From a bacterium (GTDB lineage: Bacteria > Electryoneota > Electryoneia > Electryoneales > Electryoneaceae): 64,000 nt of DNA. The position numbers were made by a program, and so were the translations under genes. Below are positions 9,410-19,551 of this stretch, one piece after another; the first letter of the stretch is position 1; each line of letters starts with the position of its first letter. The notes beneath the pieces were generated by a model. The model had not been told where the DNA came from and did not search any database. It was given only the letters and a program-made list of their open reading frames with translations. The stretch is taken from positions 2,592,001 through 2,656,000 of the forward strand of contig CAXXKJ010000002.1 in the NCBI GenBank assembly GCA_963675295.2, given 5' to 3'.

Positions 9410-9664
9410 TTATCCCACCAGGCACACCCGGCTCAGCATCCAACCTCGTGTGTCGCTGTTGTAGGTCAGCTCATAGACATCGGGTCCCGTGGTCATCACT
9501 GAATAGTGGTAAAACCGTGTCTGGCCCTGGTCGGAAACCCACTCGCCGTTGACACGCTGGATCCGGTACACCCGGTCCCGCCAGCGGAATTTCAACGGCT
9601 GGATGCGTCCGTCGCGAAACAGCGCGATCAGTTCGATTCGATCTCCGATGTCTTCGTACCGCAT
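9410..9664 (-). CDS. Small 84-aa DUF6504 / ImuB-C-like protein
   Basis: MRYEDIGDRIELIALFRDGRIQPLKFRWRDRVYRIQRVNGEW...YELTYNSDTRGWML. The PxxFxWxxxxY..V..W pattern and terminal W resemble the ImuB C-terminal domain. Lies directly upstream of dinB. Confidence 0.7.
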   Translation of the reverse strand: MRYEDIGDRIELIALFRDGRIQPLKFRWRDRVYRIQRVNGEWVSDQGQTRFYHYSVMTTGPDVYELTYNSDTRGWMLSRVCLVG

Positions 9665-9718
9665 GGATGAGCAAACCTTTATAAATAAAGGATCTATGTT
9701 TTCTCTGTACTCCCAGCC

Positions 9719-9766
9719 TGTACAAATGTTCAATTGAAAGATACGACCACTGAACACGGGGATCAA
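9719..9766 (-). promoter_or_regulatory. Sigma70-type promoter with LexA-like (SOS) box for the small gene-dinB operon
   Basis: Minus strand TTGATC (9766-9761), 17 nt, TATCTT (9743-9738), then TGAAC-ATTT-GTACA (9732-9719) over the expected start site. Confidence 0.7.
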
Positions 9767-9824
9767 GGGGCAGGTTGGGAGTCGTGCAGGTTGCCGGGTG
9801 AGGTGGCTCCACCCCGCTCCGGGC

Positions 9825-11357
9825 CTAGAAGAATGTGCCCAGGCGAATCCGGAACAGGAGGCCGTCGGACGGATACCGCGCGCTGCGCATCACTTCAGCG
9901 CGGATCATATCGCGATACGGGATGTGCAGGATCAGGCCGAAGCCGTAGGCAACGTCCCAGCCTTCGGTCTCTGGGGAGTCGGAAAACGGTGAGGGTTCCT
10001 CCACCCCGCCGACGACGCCGTAATCGGTGAACAGGGCCGTTGAGATGCCGAACTTGAGGTTGCGGGTGTACTGGTTGACCGGTTCCCACAGCTTGAAGGT
10101 GAGGTAGCGAACGGGCAACACATCGGTGCGGAACTCGACGGTTGACAGCACCCGCCAGCTCCCTTCGAACACACGTTGCATCGAGGTGCGGATTCCGTTT
10201 TCCCGGTCCAGCAGCACTCGTTCGTAGATCGGGATATCGCCAATGTAGGTTGTCGCGCGGACACGTCCCGCAAAATGAATCCGGTCCACGGGTGTGTAGT
10301 AGGATGCGCCATACACTTCTGGTTTGACGAAGCGGCTGGCGATGTGGTTCAGGCCGATGCCGGACCCGAGAACAAACCGGTAGACGTAAGCGTTGTCCGG
10401 CCAGGCCTTGTAGGTACGTGTGTCACGTTCGTAGGCGATTTCAACTTCACCGACGATATCTTCCCCGCTCTCGGACTCGGTCAGCCACAGGTGGCGGCCA
10501 TCCCGGGATTCGAATGCTCGGGACCGCGCGCCGAGTTTGAACCAGCCGTAATTCTCCAAAGAGAAACGATAGCCGACTTTTCCGCTGACCAGGCGTTGCC
10601 GGCTGGTGACACCGGTGCGGTCCTTGAGGAAGCGAGGCTCATCTTCATTGGTGAAGCTGCCCTGCGTATTCAATGACCACTCGGTATGTTGCGGCGAGAG
10701 GTAGGGAATGTCCCATTCGAACTCAAAGCCGGTGATGTAGCCGTAGCGCCCGCTGATGGACAGCGTTTCGTTGCGTCCGCGGAAGTTATCGTGGGTGACG
10801 ATGCCGCCGTAGGACGCTCGGGTCGGATCGTTTTCATCCACCGCGAGGTACAAGCCGGGCCAGATGTACCATAGTTCGGTAACGTCCACAATCAGCGCGG
10901 TACGGTTGCGTGTCATCGAGCCGAGCTTCAGGTGTGCGCGGCTGAACAGTCCGAGCGATTCGAGACGGTCCTGGTCGCGTTTCATCGCTTCCGGGGTGGC
11001 AACGGAACCGGAATCAAGCTCCATTTCAGCGAAGAGCACGAATGGGTTGGTGACCTTGTTGCCGACAACGATTATGGTGTCGATCACCGGCGCTTCCCGG
11101 TTCGATTGCATGAAGCGGATGCTTGGGTCGAACTTGACCAACGATGGGTGGACACCGCCGATGGCCGGTTTGCTGGTATCGGCAGGGCTCCAGGCGAGTT
11201 CGGTGAACAGGTCGCGCTCCAGAGTACCGGCAAATCCGGACGCAGCAAACACACCTGTTCCCAGCATCAGCAGCAGGAACAGCAAGATGTGGGACTGGAT
11301 CGGCGATCCTGTACCGGCAGGAAACTGTGTCGCAAACAACTTCAGGGATATCACCAC
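9825..11357 (-). CDS. BamA/TamA (Omp85) family outer-membrane protein with POTRA domain
   Basis: IDTIIVVGNKVT...RLESLGLFS POTRA-like; NFRGRNETL barrel start; terminal FRIRLGTFF; start codon uncertain. Confidence 0.8.
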   Translation of the reverse strand: MVISLKLFATQFPAGTGSPIQSHILLFLLLMLGTGVFAASGFAGTLERDLFTELAWSPADTSKPAIGGVHPSLVKFDPSIRFMQSNREAPVIDTIIVVGNKVTNPFVLFAEMELDSGSVATPEAMKRDQDRLESLGLFSRAHLKLGSMTRNRTALIVDVTELWYIWPGLYLAVDENDPTRASYGGIVTHDNFRGRNETLSISGRYGYITGFEFEWDIPYLSPQHTEWSLNTQGSFTNEDEPRFLKDRTGVTSRQRLVSGKVGYRFSLENYGWFKLGARSRAFESRDGRHLWLTESESGEDIVGEVEIAYERDTRTYKAWPDNAYVYRFVLGSGIGLNHIASRFVKPEVYGASYYTPVDRIHFAGRVRATTYIGDIPIYERVLLDRENGIRTSMQRVFEGSWRVLSTVEFRTDVLPVRYLTFKLWEPVNQYTRNLKFGISTALFTDYGVVGGVEEPSPFSDSPETEGWDVAYGFGLILHIPYRDMIRAEVMRSARYPSDGLLFRIRLGTFF

Positions 11358-11460
11358 ACGTAAATTCAGTGCAAACCGTGACGTTACACCGGCGGACCGG
11401 ACCCCGTCAACTCAACAGACCACAATGTATCGGTTGTACGCACGAGGTGGGGATTTGGAT

Positions 11461-13302
11461 TCACCAACGGTACACAAGTACCGCTTCCACCTGGTCGAGC
11501 CTGTCTCGTCCCGTTGCACTACTATCATCGACATCCTGCAGTACAACTTCGATGCCAACTCGCAGGTTGACGAGGCTCTGCGTTTCCAGCCGGAAGAAAG
11601 GGCCGGTAACGGTATATGTGCTCACTCGAGATCGCAATCTGCCTCCGTCTGGAGCCTCATCGAAGCGGTCCTCCTCGCGACGTTGCGAACGATAGCCGAG
11701 TTCGATCAGCAGATGCGACCAGTACAATTTGCTCAGGGACGCGGACCAGTACCACGCGCGTTTTTCGTCCGACACTTCCTGCACGAATTCACTCCACCGC
11801 AACCGTCCGCGATCCTCGAGATCAAGCCGACCGCTGAACGTCCCGCGCAGCCGCATCAGCAGGGGTACCTGGACCGTGTCCGCGACGGACCAGCGTCGGT
11901 AAACGTTGCTGCGAACGGTGCCGGTTTCCTCCTCGAAGTCGTAGTCGGTGTAGTTGGCGAGCACTTCGAAGATGGCGTGATTGCGCCAACCGTTGACCGG
12001 TTTCCATTCAACGCCCGGACTGATGCGAAAAACGCGGTTCCAGCGGTTGTCGCTGGAGCGGGTCCGGTGCAGGTTAACGACATGATCCAGCAGCACCAGA
12101 GCATCCATGGTCAGCTGCGTCCGATCCATGACCCGGAAGCTGGCGGACGAATTGAATCGGTGGATCAGGCGATCCCGGTCGGAGGTCTCGAGGCTGTCCG
12201 GCGAATCGTAGCGCCATTTTTCCGTACTCAGCCGGAAGGACAGGCTGTCCGGCCCGTGTTTCCAGTCGGCGGTGGCGCTGAGGATCTGGTTGCGGCCGAG
12301 GATCAGGTCGCCGTAGGTGCGGTCCTCCTGCCCGTACTGATACGACAACTCGCCAAGCCAGTAGCCCCAGAACGAGCGAACGGTGAGCCGATTGGTGAGG
12401 TCCATTTCATCGCCACGGCTCGGCCCGCCTCCACGGTAATCGACGGTGGATTTGCGGTAGCCGAGGTCGTAGATGCCGACCAGACTCGGCGTTAACGGAC
12501 TGCTCAATCGGTTGTCGATCTGGATGTCTTCGCTGATACGGCTGACAATCTGGCCGTTGGTGTTGAAGAACAGGTCGGAGCGCCGGTTCCGCCATGACGC
12601 CGCGAGCTGGTTGGTGGCGTCTCCGAACTGGTTCATCGTCAGTCCGCGGGTGAAGATATAGTGGTTGCGGCGGTTGCCGTACTGGTTTAGCCAACCGTCC
12701 GCCTGTACGTCCACCCCGCTGTCGAGCACATCGCCCCAGTATAATCCCGCGCTGCCGGACGGTCCCTGGCCGCTGCCTTCGTCCTGTTCGTCAAAAGCCC
12801 CACCGAGCAGCAGTTTGCTCTCGATGTTCGGCTGCGGATTGTATTCCACCCCGCCACGGGCCGCGCCGCGTGAAATGCGCGAGTTCTGGCCGAGTGGTGC
12901 GCGGGTGGTGGACGATTCGAGCAGGTCGTAGCCAACTGGTGTCCGGGAGAACACGCCGCGATCCGGGATGTAGGCGGCTTCACGGTCTTTGAACTCCTGC
13001 CCGCTGACCTCCACCAGCATGTTCAGGTCGGAGCGCACCCGTCGGGAGAGCTCCAGGCTGGCGCTGAGATCGTTCTTCCACTGGGATTCGTAGCCGGGCA
13101 GACGGCGTTGAGTCAACGAACCGTACCCGGCGGAACGGAGGGAGTACAGCGAATTCTCGACACGCAGGGTTTCCTGCAGCCGCCACAGCCGCGTGTCGAG
13201 TTCCTGGCGATAGGTAGCGGTGAGCGAATCGCTCACCTGGGCAGTGGCCAGCCCCGGGAGAAAAATCAGGCACAGCGCGATTCTCCGGAGGCGGCTGTTC
13301 AC
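11461..13302 (-). CDS. Uncharacterised outer-membrane beta-barrel protein
   Basis: Signal peptide, alternating amphipathic beta-strand pattern, C-terminal aromatic (VLVYRW); overlaps the DUF502 gene stop. Confidence 0.7.
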   Translation of the reverse strand: MNSRLRRIALCLIFLPGLATAQVSDSLTATYRQELDTRLWRLQETLRVENSLYSLRSAGYGSLTQRRLPGYESQWKNDLSASLELSRRVRSDLNMLVEVSGQEFKDREAAYIPDRGVFSRTPVGYDLLESSTTRAPLGQNSRISRGAARGGVEYNPQPNIESKLLLGGAFDEQDEGSGQGPSGSAGLYWGDVLDSGVDVQADGWLNQYGNRRNHYIFTRGLTMNQFGDATNQLAASWRNRRSDLFFNTNGQIVSRISEDIQIDNRLSSPLTPSLVGIYDLGYRKSTVDYRGGGPSRGDEMDLTNRLTVRSFWGYWLGELSYQYGQEDRTYGDLILGRNQILSATADWKHGPDSLSFRLSTEKWRYDSPDSLETSDRDRLIHRFNSSASFRVMDRTQLTMDALVLLDHVVNLHRTRSSDNRWNRVFRISPGVEWKPVNGWRNHAIFEVLANYTDYDFEEETGTVRSNVYRRWSVADTVQVPLLMRLRGTFSGRLDLEDRGRLRWSEFVQEVSDEKRAWYWSASLSKLYWSHLLIELGYRSQRREEDRFDEAPDGGRLRSRVSTYTVTGPFFRLETQSLVNLRVGIEVVLQDVDDSSATGRDRLDQVEAVLVYRW

Positions 13303-14051
13303 ATCTCGTCTTCCCGTCGGAAAGGTGGACGAACATCATCGTCGTGCAGCGGGTGCATGCGAATACCGAGCCGGCGGGCCGCATCACGCGATCCACCTCC
13401 CGCGCGTCCGACAATCGCACCCGCCGAGATGATCAGTTTCAACGCCTCCTCGACGGACATATTGAGGAACGCGACATCCTTTTTCGGCACAAACAGCAGG
13501 TAGCCGGAAGTCGGGTTCGGCGTTGTCGGCACGAAGATGCTGATCACATCCTCGGCGACAGCATCCTGCGGGGCACCTCTCGTGTCCTGGGTGACAAAAC
13601 CGATCGAATACACGTGCTCCTTCGGGTACTCAATGATGACCGCATACTTGAACACTTCTCTTTGGCCGCCGAGCAGCGCCTGCGAGATCTGTAGCACGGC
13701 GCTGTAGACCTTGTTCACCAGAGGGATGTGTTCGAACCATTTGTTGACCAGTTTGACCAGTCGGTCACCGAGGTATTGCCGCGAGAACCAGCCGGTGGCG
13801 ATGATCAGCAGAATCAACGTGATGAAGCCGATCCCGTAAATAATCTGCTGCTCGAAGAACGGAATCCCGATAATTTCGCCGAGCAGGTACTGGATCGGCC
13901 GCCCGAGCAGGCTGTCCATCACGATGAACAGATTGATGATGATCCAGAAGGTGACCATCACCGGCCCGAGTACGAGCAGGCCGGTGATGAAGTATCCCCG
14001 GAATCGCTTGAAATCCGTCGGCTGTACGTCTTTGTTCTGCGGCTCGGTCAT
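13299..14051 (-). CDS. DUF502 (COG2928) membrane protein
   Basis: FITGLLVLGP, IPLVNKVYS, IEYP, FVPTTPNPTSGYL, MSVEEALKLIISAG. Confidence 0.92.
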   Translation of the reverse strand: MTEPQNKDVQPTDFKRFRGYFITGLLVLGPVMVTFWIIINLFIVMDSLLGRPIQYLLGEIIGIPFFEQQIIYGIGFITLILLIIATGWFSRQYLGDRLVKLVNKWFEHIPLVNKVYSAVLQISQALLGGQREVFKYAVIIEYPKEHVYSIGFVTQDTRGAPQDAVAEDVISIFVPTTPNPTSGYLLFVPKKDVAFLNMSVEEALKLIISAGAIVGRAGGGSRDAARRLGIRMHPLHDDDVRPPFRREDEM

Positions 14052-14057
14052 TCACCC

Positions 14058-14906
14058 TCACTTCAGGTATTTAAACAACTCTGTGTTCGGCGGCAGGACG
14101 AGAGTGGTCTGCTCATCCAGCGTCTTCCGGTACATTTCCAAGGTACGGGAAAAATCGTAGAACTGCGGATCACGGTTGAACGCTTCGGCGTAAATCGCAA
14201 TGGCCTTAGCCTCCGCTTCACCGCGGATCACCTGCGACTGCCGGTACGCCTCCGCCTTGATCACCTTGACTTCCTTATCGGCGGTGGATCGCAGGATCTG
14301 CGCCTCTTCCTCACCTTCACTACGATACAGGTTGGCGATCCGTTCCCGCTCCGCCCGCATCCGTCGATAAATCGCGTCCTCGTTCTCCGGTGGCAGGTCG
14401 GTACGTTTGATGCGAACGTCGAGGATTTCGATCCCGTAATCCTGCGATTTGATGCTGGCGCTCTTCCCAACGGCGTCCATGATCTCGTCACGGTTCACGG
14501 AGACGATGTCCTCCATGTCGTGCTGACCGAGCTCACGCAACAGGTCGGAATAGATGATGTCGTCCAGACGTGCCTGCGCTCCACCCTCGGTACGGACCGT
14601 CTGCCGGAACAAGAGCGGATCGGTGATTCTCCAACGGGCGTAGGAGTCAATCACCATGTTCTTCTTGTCCTGGGTGACGACGATGTTCGGCGGGCTGTCG
14701 TAAATCAGCAGCCGCTTTTCGAACCGTTCGATGGTGCGGAATGGCGGTGGAAACTTGAAGTGCAGACCGGGATCAGAAACTGCGATCAGCGGCTTACCGA
14801 ACTGCAGCACGAGTACCTGTTCCGTTTCGTCAACGGTAAAGGTAACCAGGCTGAGTACAATCAGCACGGCGGCGACGCCAATTAAGACACGAATGATCGG
14901 TTTCAT
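14058..14906 (-). CDS. hflC: FtsH protease modulator HflC
   Basis: SPFH domain; LQFGKP, TQDKKNMVIDSYARWRITDP, RMRAERERIA, FYDFSRTLE. Confidence 0.95.
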   Translation of the reverse strand: MKPIIRVLIGVAAVLIVLSLVTFTVDETEQVLVLQFGKPLIAVSDPGLHFKFPPPFRTIERFEKRLLIYDSPPNIVVTQDKKNMVIDSYARWRITDPLLFRQTVRTEGGAQARLDDIIYSDLLRELGQHDMEDIVSVNRDEIMDAVGKSASIKSQDYGIEILDVRIKRTDLPPENEDAIYRRMRAERERIANLYRSEGEEEAQILRSTADKEVKVIKAEAYRQSQVIRGEAEAKAIAIYAEAFNRDPQFYDFSRTLEMYRKTLDEQTTLVLPPNTELFKYLK

Positions 14907-15925
14907 CGTCCACCTCCCGTGCCGCTGCTGGGCTGTGAGGTTCCGGTTTGTGCTGGCACACCGGGGCCGATCAGGTTAATCAAATCGCCACCGTTCGGTG
15001 TCTGCATGATGTATTTCCTCATACCAGGCAGCACGTCCTCCATCGCCTCCAACAGCATGCGCTTGCGAGTAACGGTTGGCGAACGCTTGTATGCCGTCAA
15101 GACGGCTTTGAAGTTTTCAGCGTCACCCTCGGCCTGCTTGACACGTTCCTGCGCGTACCCTTCCGCTTCCAGCACCATCTGTTCAGCGAGACCGCGCGCG
15201 CGTGGAATCAGGTTGTTTGCATACCCCTGCGCTTCGTTGATCAAACGGGCTTTGTCTTCCTTCGCCGAGGCGACTTCACGGAATGCGTCCGCCACTTCCT
15301 TCGGCGGGAGGACGTCCTTGAGCTGCAGCTGAGTGACGGTCACGCCGGTCTCGTAGCTGTCGAGGATTTCCTGCAGGCTGACCATTGCTTCGGCCTGAAT
15401 CTCACCTTTGCCGCTGGTAAGGGCCTCGTCGATGCTGTGTACGCCGACAACCTGACGGATCACCGCCTCGGTTGCTACGTGAATCGTTTCCCGCACATCC
15501 CGCACCACGAACAAATACTTGACCGGGTCGTTGATCTTGTACTGCACGATCAGGTCGATGTCGATGATGTTCAGGCTACCGGAAAGCATCAGCGATTCTT
15601 CCGGAAAGTCGACGACCTGATTGCGCCGTGGATCGGTTCGGAATCCGATCTCAATACGCTTGACCTCGGTGACTTTTGGCTTGTCCACGGTCTCAACCGG
15701 CCATGGCACGCGGTAGTTCAGGCCGGATGATTCGAGCCGCGTGAACTCGCCGAAGGTTCGAACAACGCCAGCCTCGTCTGGGCCGACGACATGGAAACCG
15801 GTCAACAGCCAGATGATGATGATCACGACCACGATTCCGATGCCGCTCTTTCCGAACAGCTTGCCGAAATCGGGCAGCTTGATCACTTCATCGCCGAACT
15901 GGTAGTACTTGTAGGGAATGTTCAT
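14903..15925 (-). CDS. hflK: FtsH protease modulator HflK
   Basis: SPFH domain; GLNYRVPWPVE, PPKEVADAF, EAQGYAN, PTVTRKRM; overlaps hflC start; GGAGG RBS. Confidence 0.95.
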   Translation of the reverse strand: MNIPYKYYQFGDEVIKLPDFGKLFGKSGIGIVVVIIIIWLLTGFHVVGPDEAGVVRTFGEFTRLESSGLNYRVPWPVETVDKPKVTEVKRIEIGFRTDPRRNQVVDFPEESLMLSGSLNIIDIDLIVQYKINDPVKYLFVVRDVRETIHVATEAVIRQVVGVHSIDEALTSGKGEIQAEAMVSLQEILDSYETGVTVTQLQLKDVLPPKEVADAFREVASAKEDKARLINEAQGYANNLIPRARGLAEQMVLEAEGYAQERVKQAEGDAENFKAVLTAYKRSPTVTRKRMLLEAMEDVLPGMRKYIMQTPNGGDLINLIGPGVPAQTGTSQPSSGTGGGR

Positions 15926-15963
15926 TCCCCCTCCTTTCGTGTCGTGCGCGAATCAACGTCCAG

Positions 15964-16854
15964 TTAAAACATGCGCACGCCGTACTGCACGTAGTGTCTC
16001 AGGATCTCTCGCTCTGGGTCGTAAGCTGCGGAATAGATGAACTCATAGCGTCCCGCCGCGTCGCTGCGCAGCGCAATACCGCCGGTGGCATACCAGCTGT
16101 CGTCCGGCTCGTGCAGGTAACCACCGAGCAGGTGGACCCGGTTCGCGCCACCGTACTCACCCCCGATGCGGTAGCGTTTCAGCGCAGTGTCCCAGTCTTC
16201 GCCCTTGAACCAGACGACAGACGAGGACATGGTGAGCAAGCCGCCGACGCCGTACGACGCGCCGTATTCGATGCGTTCATGAACACTTTCGAGACCATTA
16301 CTGCCGATGGTCAGGCCGCGCGCGACGATGCCGAGGGTCGCGCCGGAAGAGTGCCGGGCGAGAAAGCCGAGGTCGATCGGCATGTCGAATTCCCATTTGC
16401 CGTCACCACGTTGCTCGAACGCAAAGTGAATGGTTGCCGCGCCGGGAGTGATTTCGGTAAGATTGAACGCGAACGGCAGGCCGAGGTCAAAATAGTGGCT
16501 TTCGCCGCTGGCGCCGTTGTAGTCCCAGCCCTGCGCAATCAGAGCGGCGGGGACACCATAGGCGGTTTCCTTATTGTAGAAATGCATCCACCAGCTGCGC
16601 GGGTGCCGTGTCCACTGGATCGGCTGCATCCCGCCGCTGAAGGTGAGCGTCTGCCAGACCAGCGAGGCGGGATTGTGGTAAATCGCCTCGGGTCCGAGCC
16701 AGACCGCGGCAGAAGCTCCGCCCATGCCGACATGGCGCGCGCCGACAGGATCGAGCGGGAATGTGGTGGCGAACGCGGAGTTCGCCGTCCATCCCGTGAT
16801 CAGGGAAATCAGAACAACCGTGGAAACAAACAGGAATGCCCGTGTCGTCATCAT
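15964..16854 (-). CDS. PorV/FadL-like outer-membrane beta-barrel protein
   Basis: Signal peptide followed by GARHVGMGGA...AIYHNPASL, typical of PorV/PorQ/FadL N-termini; terminal F; start chosen at MMTTR. Confidence 0.65.
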   Translation of the reverse strand: MMTTRAFLFVSTVVLISLITGWTANSAFATTFPLDPVGARHVGMGGASAAVWLGPEAIYHNPASLVWQTLTFSGGMQPIQWTRHPRSWWMHFYNKETAYGVPAALIAQGWDYNGASGESHYFDLGLPFAFNLTEITPGAATIHFAFEQRGDGKWEFDMPIDLGFLARHSSGATLGIVARGLTIGSNGLESVHERIEYGASYGVGGLLTMSSSVVWFKGEDWDTALKRYRIGGEYGGANRVHLLGGYLHEPDDSWYATGGIALRSDAAGRYEFIYSAAYDPEREILRHYVQYGVRMF

Positions 16855-17082
16855 CGTTGAAAGTACAGACGGCTTGAAGTCTGGACAAACGCAACGCTCG
16901 CGCGGACGGCTGGCTCGGGGGTGAATCCGCAACCAATTAATGCCTGGTGAATCGAACCAGATAACCCAGCGAGCCTTGCGGCTTGACGAGTGTTAGCCTA
17001 CCTTAAAGATTGGCCTGAAGGTTCCGACAACGCGCACGTCCGAACGGGCTAACGGACATGCCATGTGGAGGGAAGAATCACC

Positions 17083-19401
17083 ATGCGCTTCGCACTGCTG
17101 ACCTTGACGCTGCTGTTTGCAGTATCCGGGGTACTGGCTCAGGACACGCCTCCCGAGTGCTACCATGATCTGAATGAAACGTACCAGTTTCTCGCGGATC
17201 TAGATGCCAATCAGGAGTTCACTCACAGGATTGAAGTGGACACGGTTGGTTACAGCCAGAAGGATCAATTCCCGATCCTGTTGGTGAAGATCTCCGACGA
17301 CGCAGCGACTGACTACGACCGTCCCACCACACTTTTCATCGGACACATTCACGGCGAAGAGATTCTTGGTGTTGAAATCGTCCTTGAGGCGATCGAGCAG
17401 CTTGTCACCAGTCCCCTGCCGGAATATCGTAACCGTCGTGAAGAAGCGGAGACCTACTTTGTCCCGACGATGAACCCGGAGGGGCTGCAGGTGGTCTTCG
17501 GTGTTCCGGATACCCCGGACCTGGTTCATGGCCCTGACAAGAGCTACCGGAAAAACAAGCGTGATACGGTGGGTGACGACATCTTCCGCTACTTCGTGGG
17601 GATCGGTGCAGATTCGTCCGGCGTGGACCTGAACCGGAACTGGGGCTTGAACTGGTTCCAGGGTGACACGCTTTTCCATTGGCTGGATGAATCGGAACCC
17701 TACGACTACTACCGAGGTGAGACTCCGTTCAGCGAAACGGAAACGCAGATTGTACGTGACCTGCATTACGAAGTGCAGCCGATGTACGGCATTACCTACC
17801 ACTCCTCCCGTTCAGGCACATTCTCGGAAAAGGTGTATTTCCCATGGGCGTTCGGGGACAACGGTCAGAAGACTGCACCGGATATTGAAGTCCTCACGGA
17901 TGTCGGTGAAAACCTTGCAGGACAGATCCCCAAGCTTGCCGAGCCGGGAACGTATGAATACTACCCGAGTTCAGGCCGAAATGCCAAGATGCACGACTGG
18001 ACCTATGCCGCCGGTCACTGGATCAACCTCGAGGTGGAAGCTGGTCTATACCAGCTGCAGCCGGAAGAAGACCAGATGCTGCAGATCATCGCGGACAATG
18101 TTCCGGCGATTTACTATCTGATTGATCGAGCGCGAGGTGAGGAAGATATCGACGGGTTGAGCGGGTTCCTCGAGCTGCATGTACAGGACGAAAACGGCCA
18201 GCCACTTGTCGCTGAAGTTCTGACCCCGGACTACTGGAATAGCTACCTCGAACCACGGTATACCGATCCTGTCTTCGGTGTTCACCGCCGAGCGTTGGCA
18301 GCGCAGAACTACAACCTGATTGTACGAGCGTTTGGCTATGAACCGGACACGTCCGTTGTCAACATCGGGTCTGCTGGTCCGGCGCGCTACACCAAGACGC
18401 TGGTTCGCAAGCCGCACAACTGGCTGCACCTGCGTGCGTTGAATACGGACGGCGACCCGATCCCGGCAACCTTCATCGTCCATCGTGATTTCGGTGTGGA
18501 CACCCTCTATGTCCCCAGCGGCGACTGGGGCGGCATGATGCCGAATAGTGACTACATGGTCGAAACCTGGGCGGTTGGGTACATCCCGAAGATCGAGACG
18601 TTTACCACGGATGATCCGTTCCTGATGGAAGTCACTCTGGTCGAACCGGATGATATGATCCAGGATGGCTTTGAAACCGAGCTTCCAGCCCGTTGGAGCA
18701 CGTCCGGCGATTTCGAATGGACCCGTTCCGGGTTTGACATGGCGGAAGGCGACTTCTCGCTGAAGAGTGATCCGGACTACTTCCTCACGAACAACCAGTC
18801 AGCCTGGACGATGGTCCACTACAGTGTTCCCGCCGGTGCGGAGTCGATGACCTTGACCGGCATGATGCGCTACGAGCTCGAGCCGGAATACGACTTCTGT
18901 ACGCTTGAGATGAGCACCGACGGCAACAATTGGACCGAGGTCGATGTCTACAATGGGTTCAGCCAGTGGCGTCCGTTCCTGCTGGATCTGCGGGACTACA
19001 CCGCTCAGAGCGACCTGTATTTCCGCTGGACGGTGACGACAGACATCGACGAAACCGACCGTGGCATGTTCCTCGACGAAGTCGCGCTGAAGTGGTCGTC
19101 GAATTTCGTCAGCGTGGACGAATCCGGCATCCGTCCGTTGGAATGGGCGTTCCACACGCCATATCCGAACCCGTTCAACCCGAGCACGCGTCTCCGCTTC
19201 GACCTGTCGGAAGCGGCCAACGTGCAGCTGATCGTCTACGATGTGCTGGGACGTGAAGTCGCTCGTGTGGTGGACGAAGAGCTGCAGGCGGGTCCGCATG
19301 TCCGCAATCTCGACATGGCCGGTCATGCCAGCGGTATGTACTTCGCCCGCATCGAGGCGGGTCCGTTCCGTGACATGAAGAAGATCGTGCTGATGAAGTA
19401 A
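17083..19401 (+). CDS. M14 zinc carboxypeptidase with T9SS-type-A-like CTD
   Basis: HGEE, PTMNPEG, RKN, GVDLNRNW, FSETET, YHS motifs; C-terminus PYPNPFNP...KKIVLMK. Confidence 0.93.
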   Translation: MRFALLTLTLLFAVSGVLAQDTPPECYHDLNETYQFLADLDANQEFTHRIEVDTVGYSQKDQFPILLVKISDDAATDYDRPTTLFIGHIHGEEILGVEIVLEAIEQLVTSPLPEYRNRREEAETYFVPTMNPEGLQVVFGVPDTPDLVHGPDKSYRKNKRDTVGDDIFRYFVGIGADSSGVDLNRNWGLNWFQGDTLFHWLDESEPYDYYRGETPFSETETQIVRDLHYEVQPMYGITYHSSRSGTFSEKVYFPWAFGDNGQKTAPDIEVLTDVGENLAGQIPKLAEPGTYEYYPSSGRNAKMHDWTYAAGHWINLEVEAGLYQLQPEEDQMLQIIADNVPAIYYLIDRARGEEDIDGLSGFLELHVQDENGQPLVAEVLTPDYWNSYLEPRYTDPVFGVHRRALAAQNYNLIVRAFGYEPDTSVVNIGSAGPARYTKTLVRKPHNWLHLRALNTDGDPIPATFIVHRDFGVDTLYVPSGDWGGMMPNSDYMVETWAVGYIPKIETFTTDDPFLMEVTLVEPDDMIQDGFETELPARWSTSGDFEWTRSGFDMAEGDFSLKSDPDYFLTNNQSAWTMVHYSVPAGAESMTLTGMMRYELEPEYDFCTLEMSTDGNNWTEVDVYNGFSQWRPFLLDLRDYTAQSDLYFRWTVTTDIDETDRGMFLDEVALKWSSNFVSVDESGIRPLEWAFHTPYPNPFNPSTRLRFDLSEAANVQLIVYDVLGREVARVVDEELQAGPHVRNLDMAGHASGMYFARIEAGPFRDMKKIVLMK

Positions 19402-19426
19402 CGTTTCGGCATAAGCAGAGTGATTG

Positions 19427-19461
19427 AGGCCACGTGGATGAACTTCCGCGTGGCCTTTTTT
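19427..19461 (+). terminator. Intrinsic terminator
   Basis: AGGCCACGTGGA...TCCGCGTGGCCT followed by TTTTT. Confidence 0.8.
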
Positions 19462-19551
19462 CGCGCCGGGACTTGTGTTTTGCCGGGTGGGTGCCGTTCA
19501 TTTCAGCGTGACGTTTCCAGGGGGTGCTGCGTTTTTGCGTCAGGGAGATCT

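Noticed and set aside
10864-12495. 543-aa plus-strand ORF and other long antisense ORFs (e.g. 30298..31656, 55574..56827)
   Set aside because: Fully overlap well-supported minus-strand genes; typical GC-rich shadow frames with no recognisable motifs
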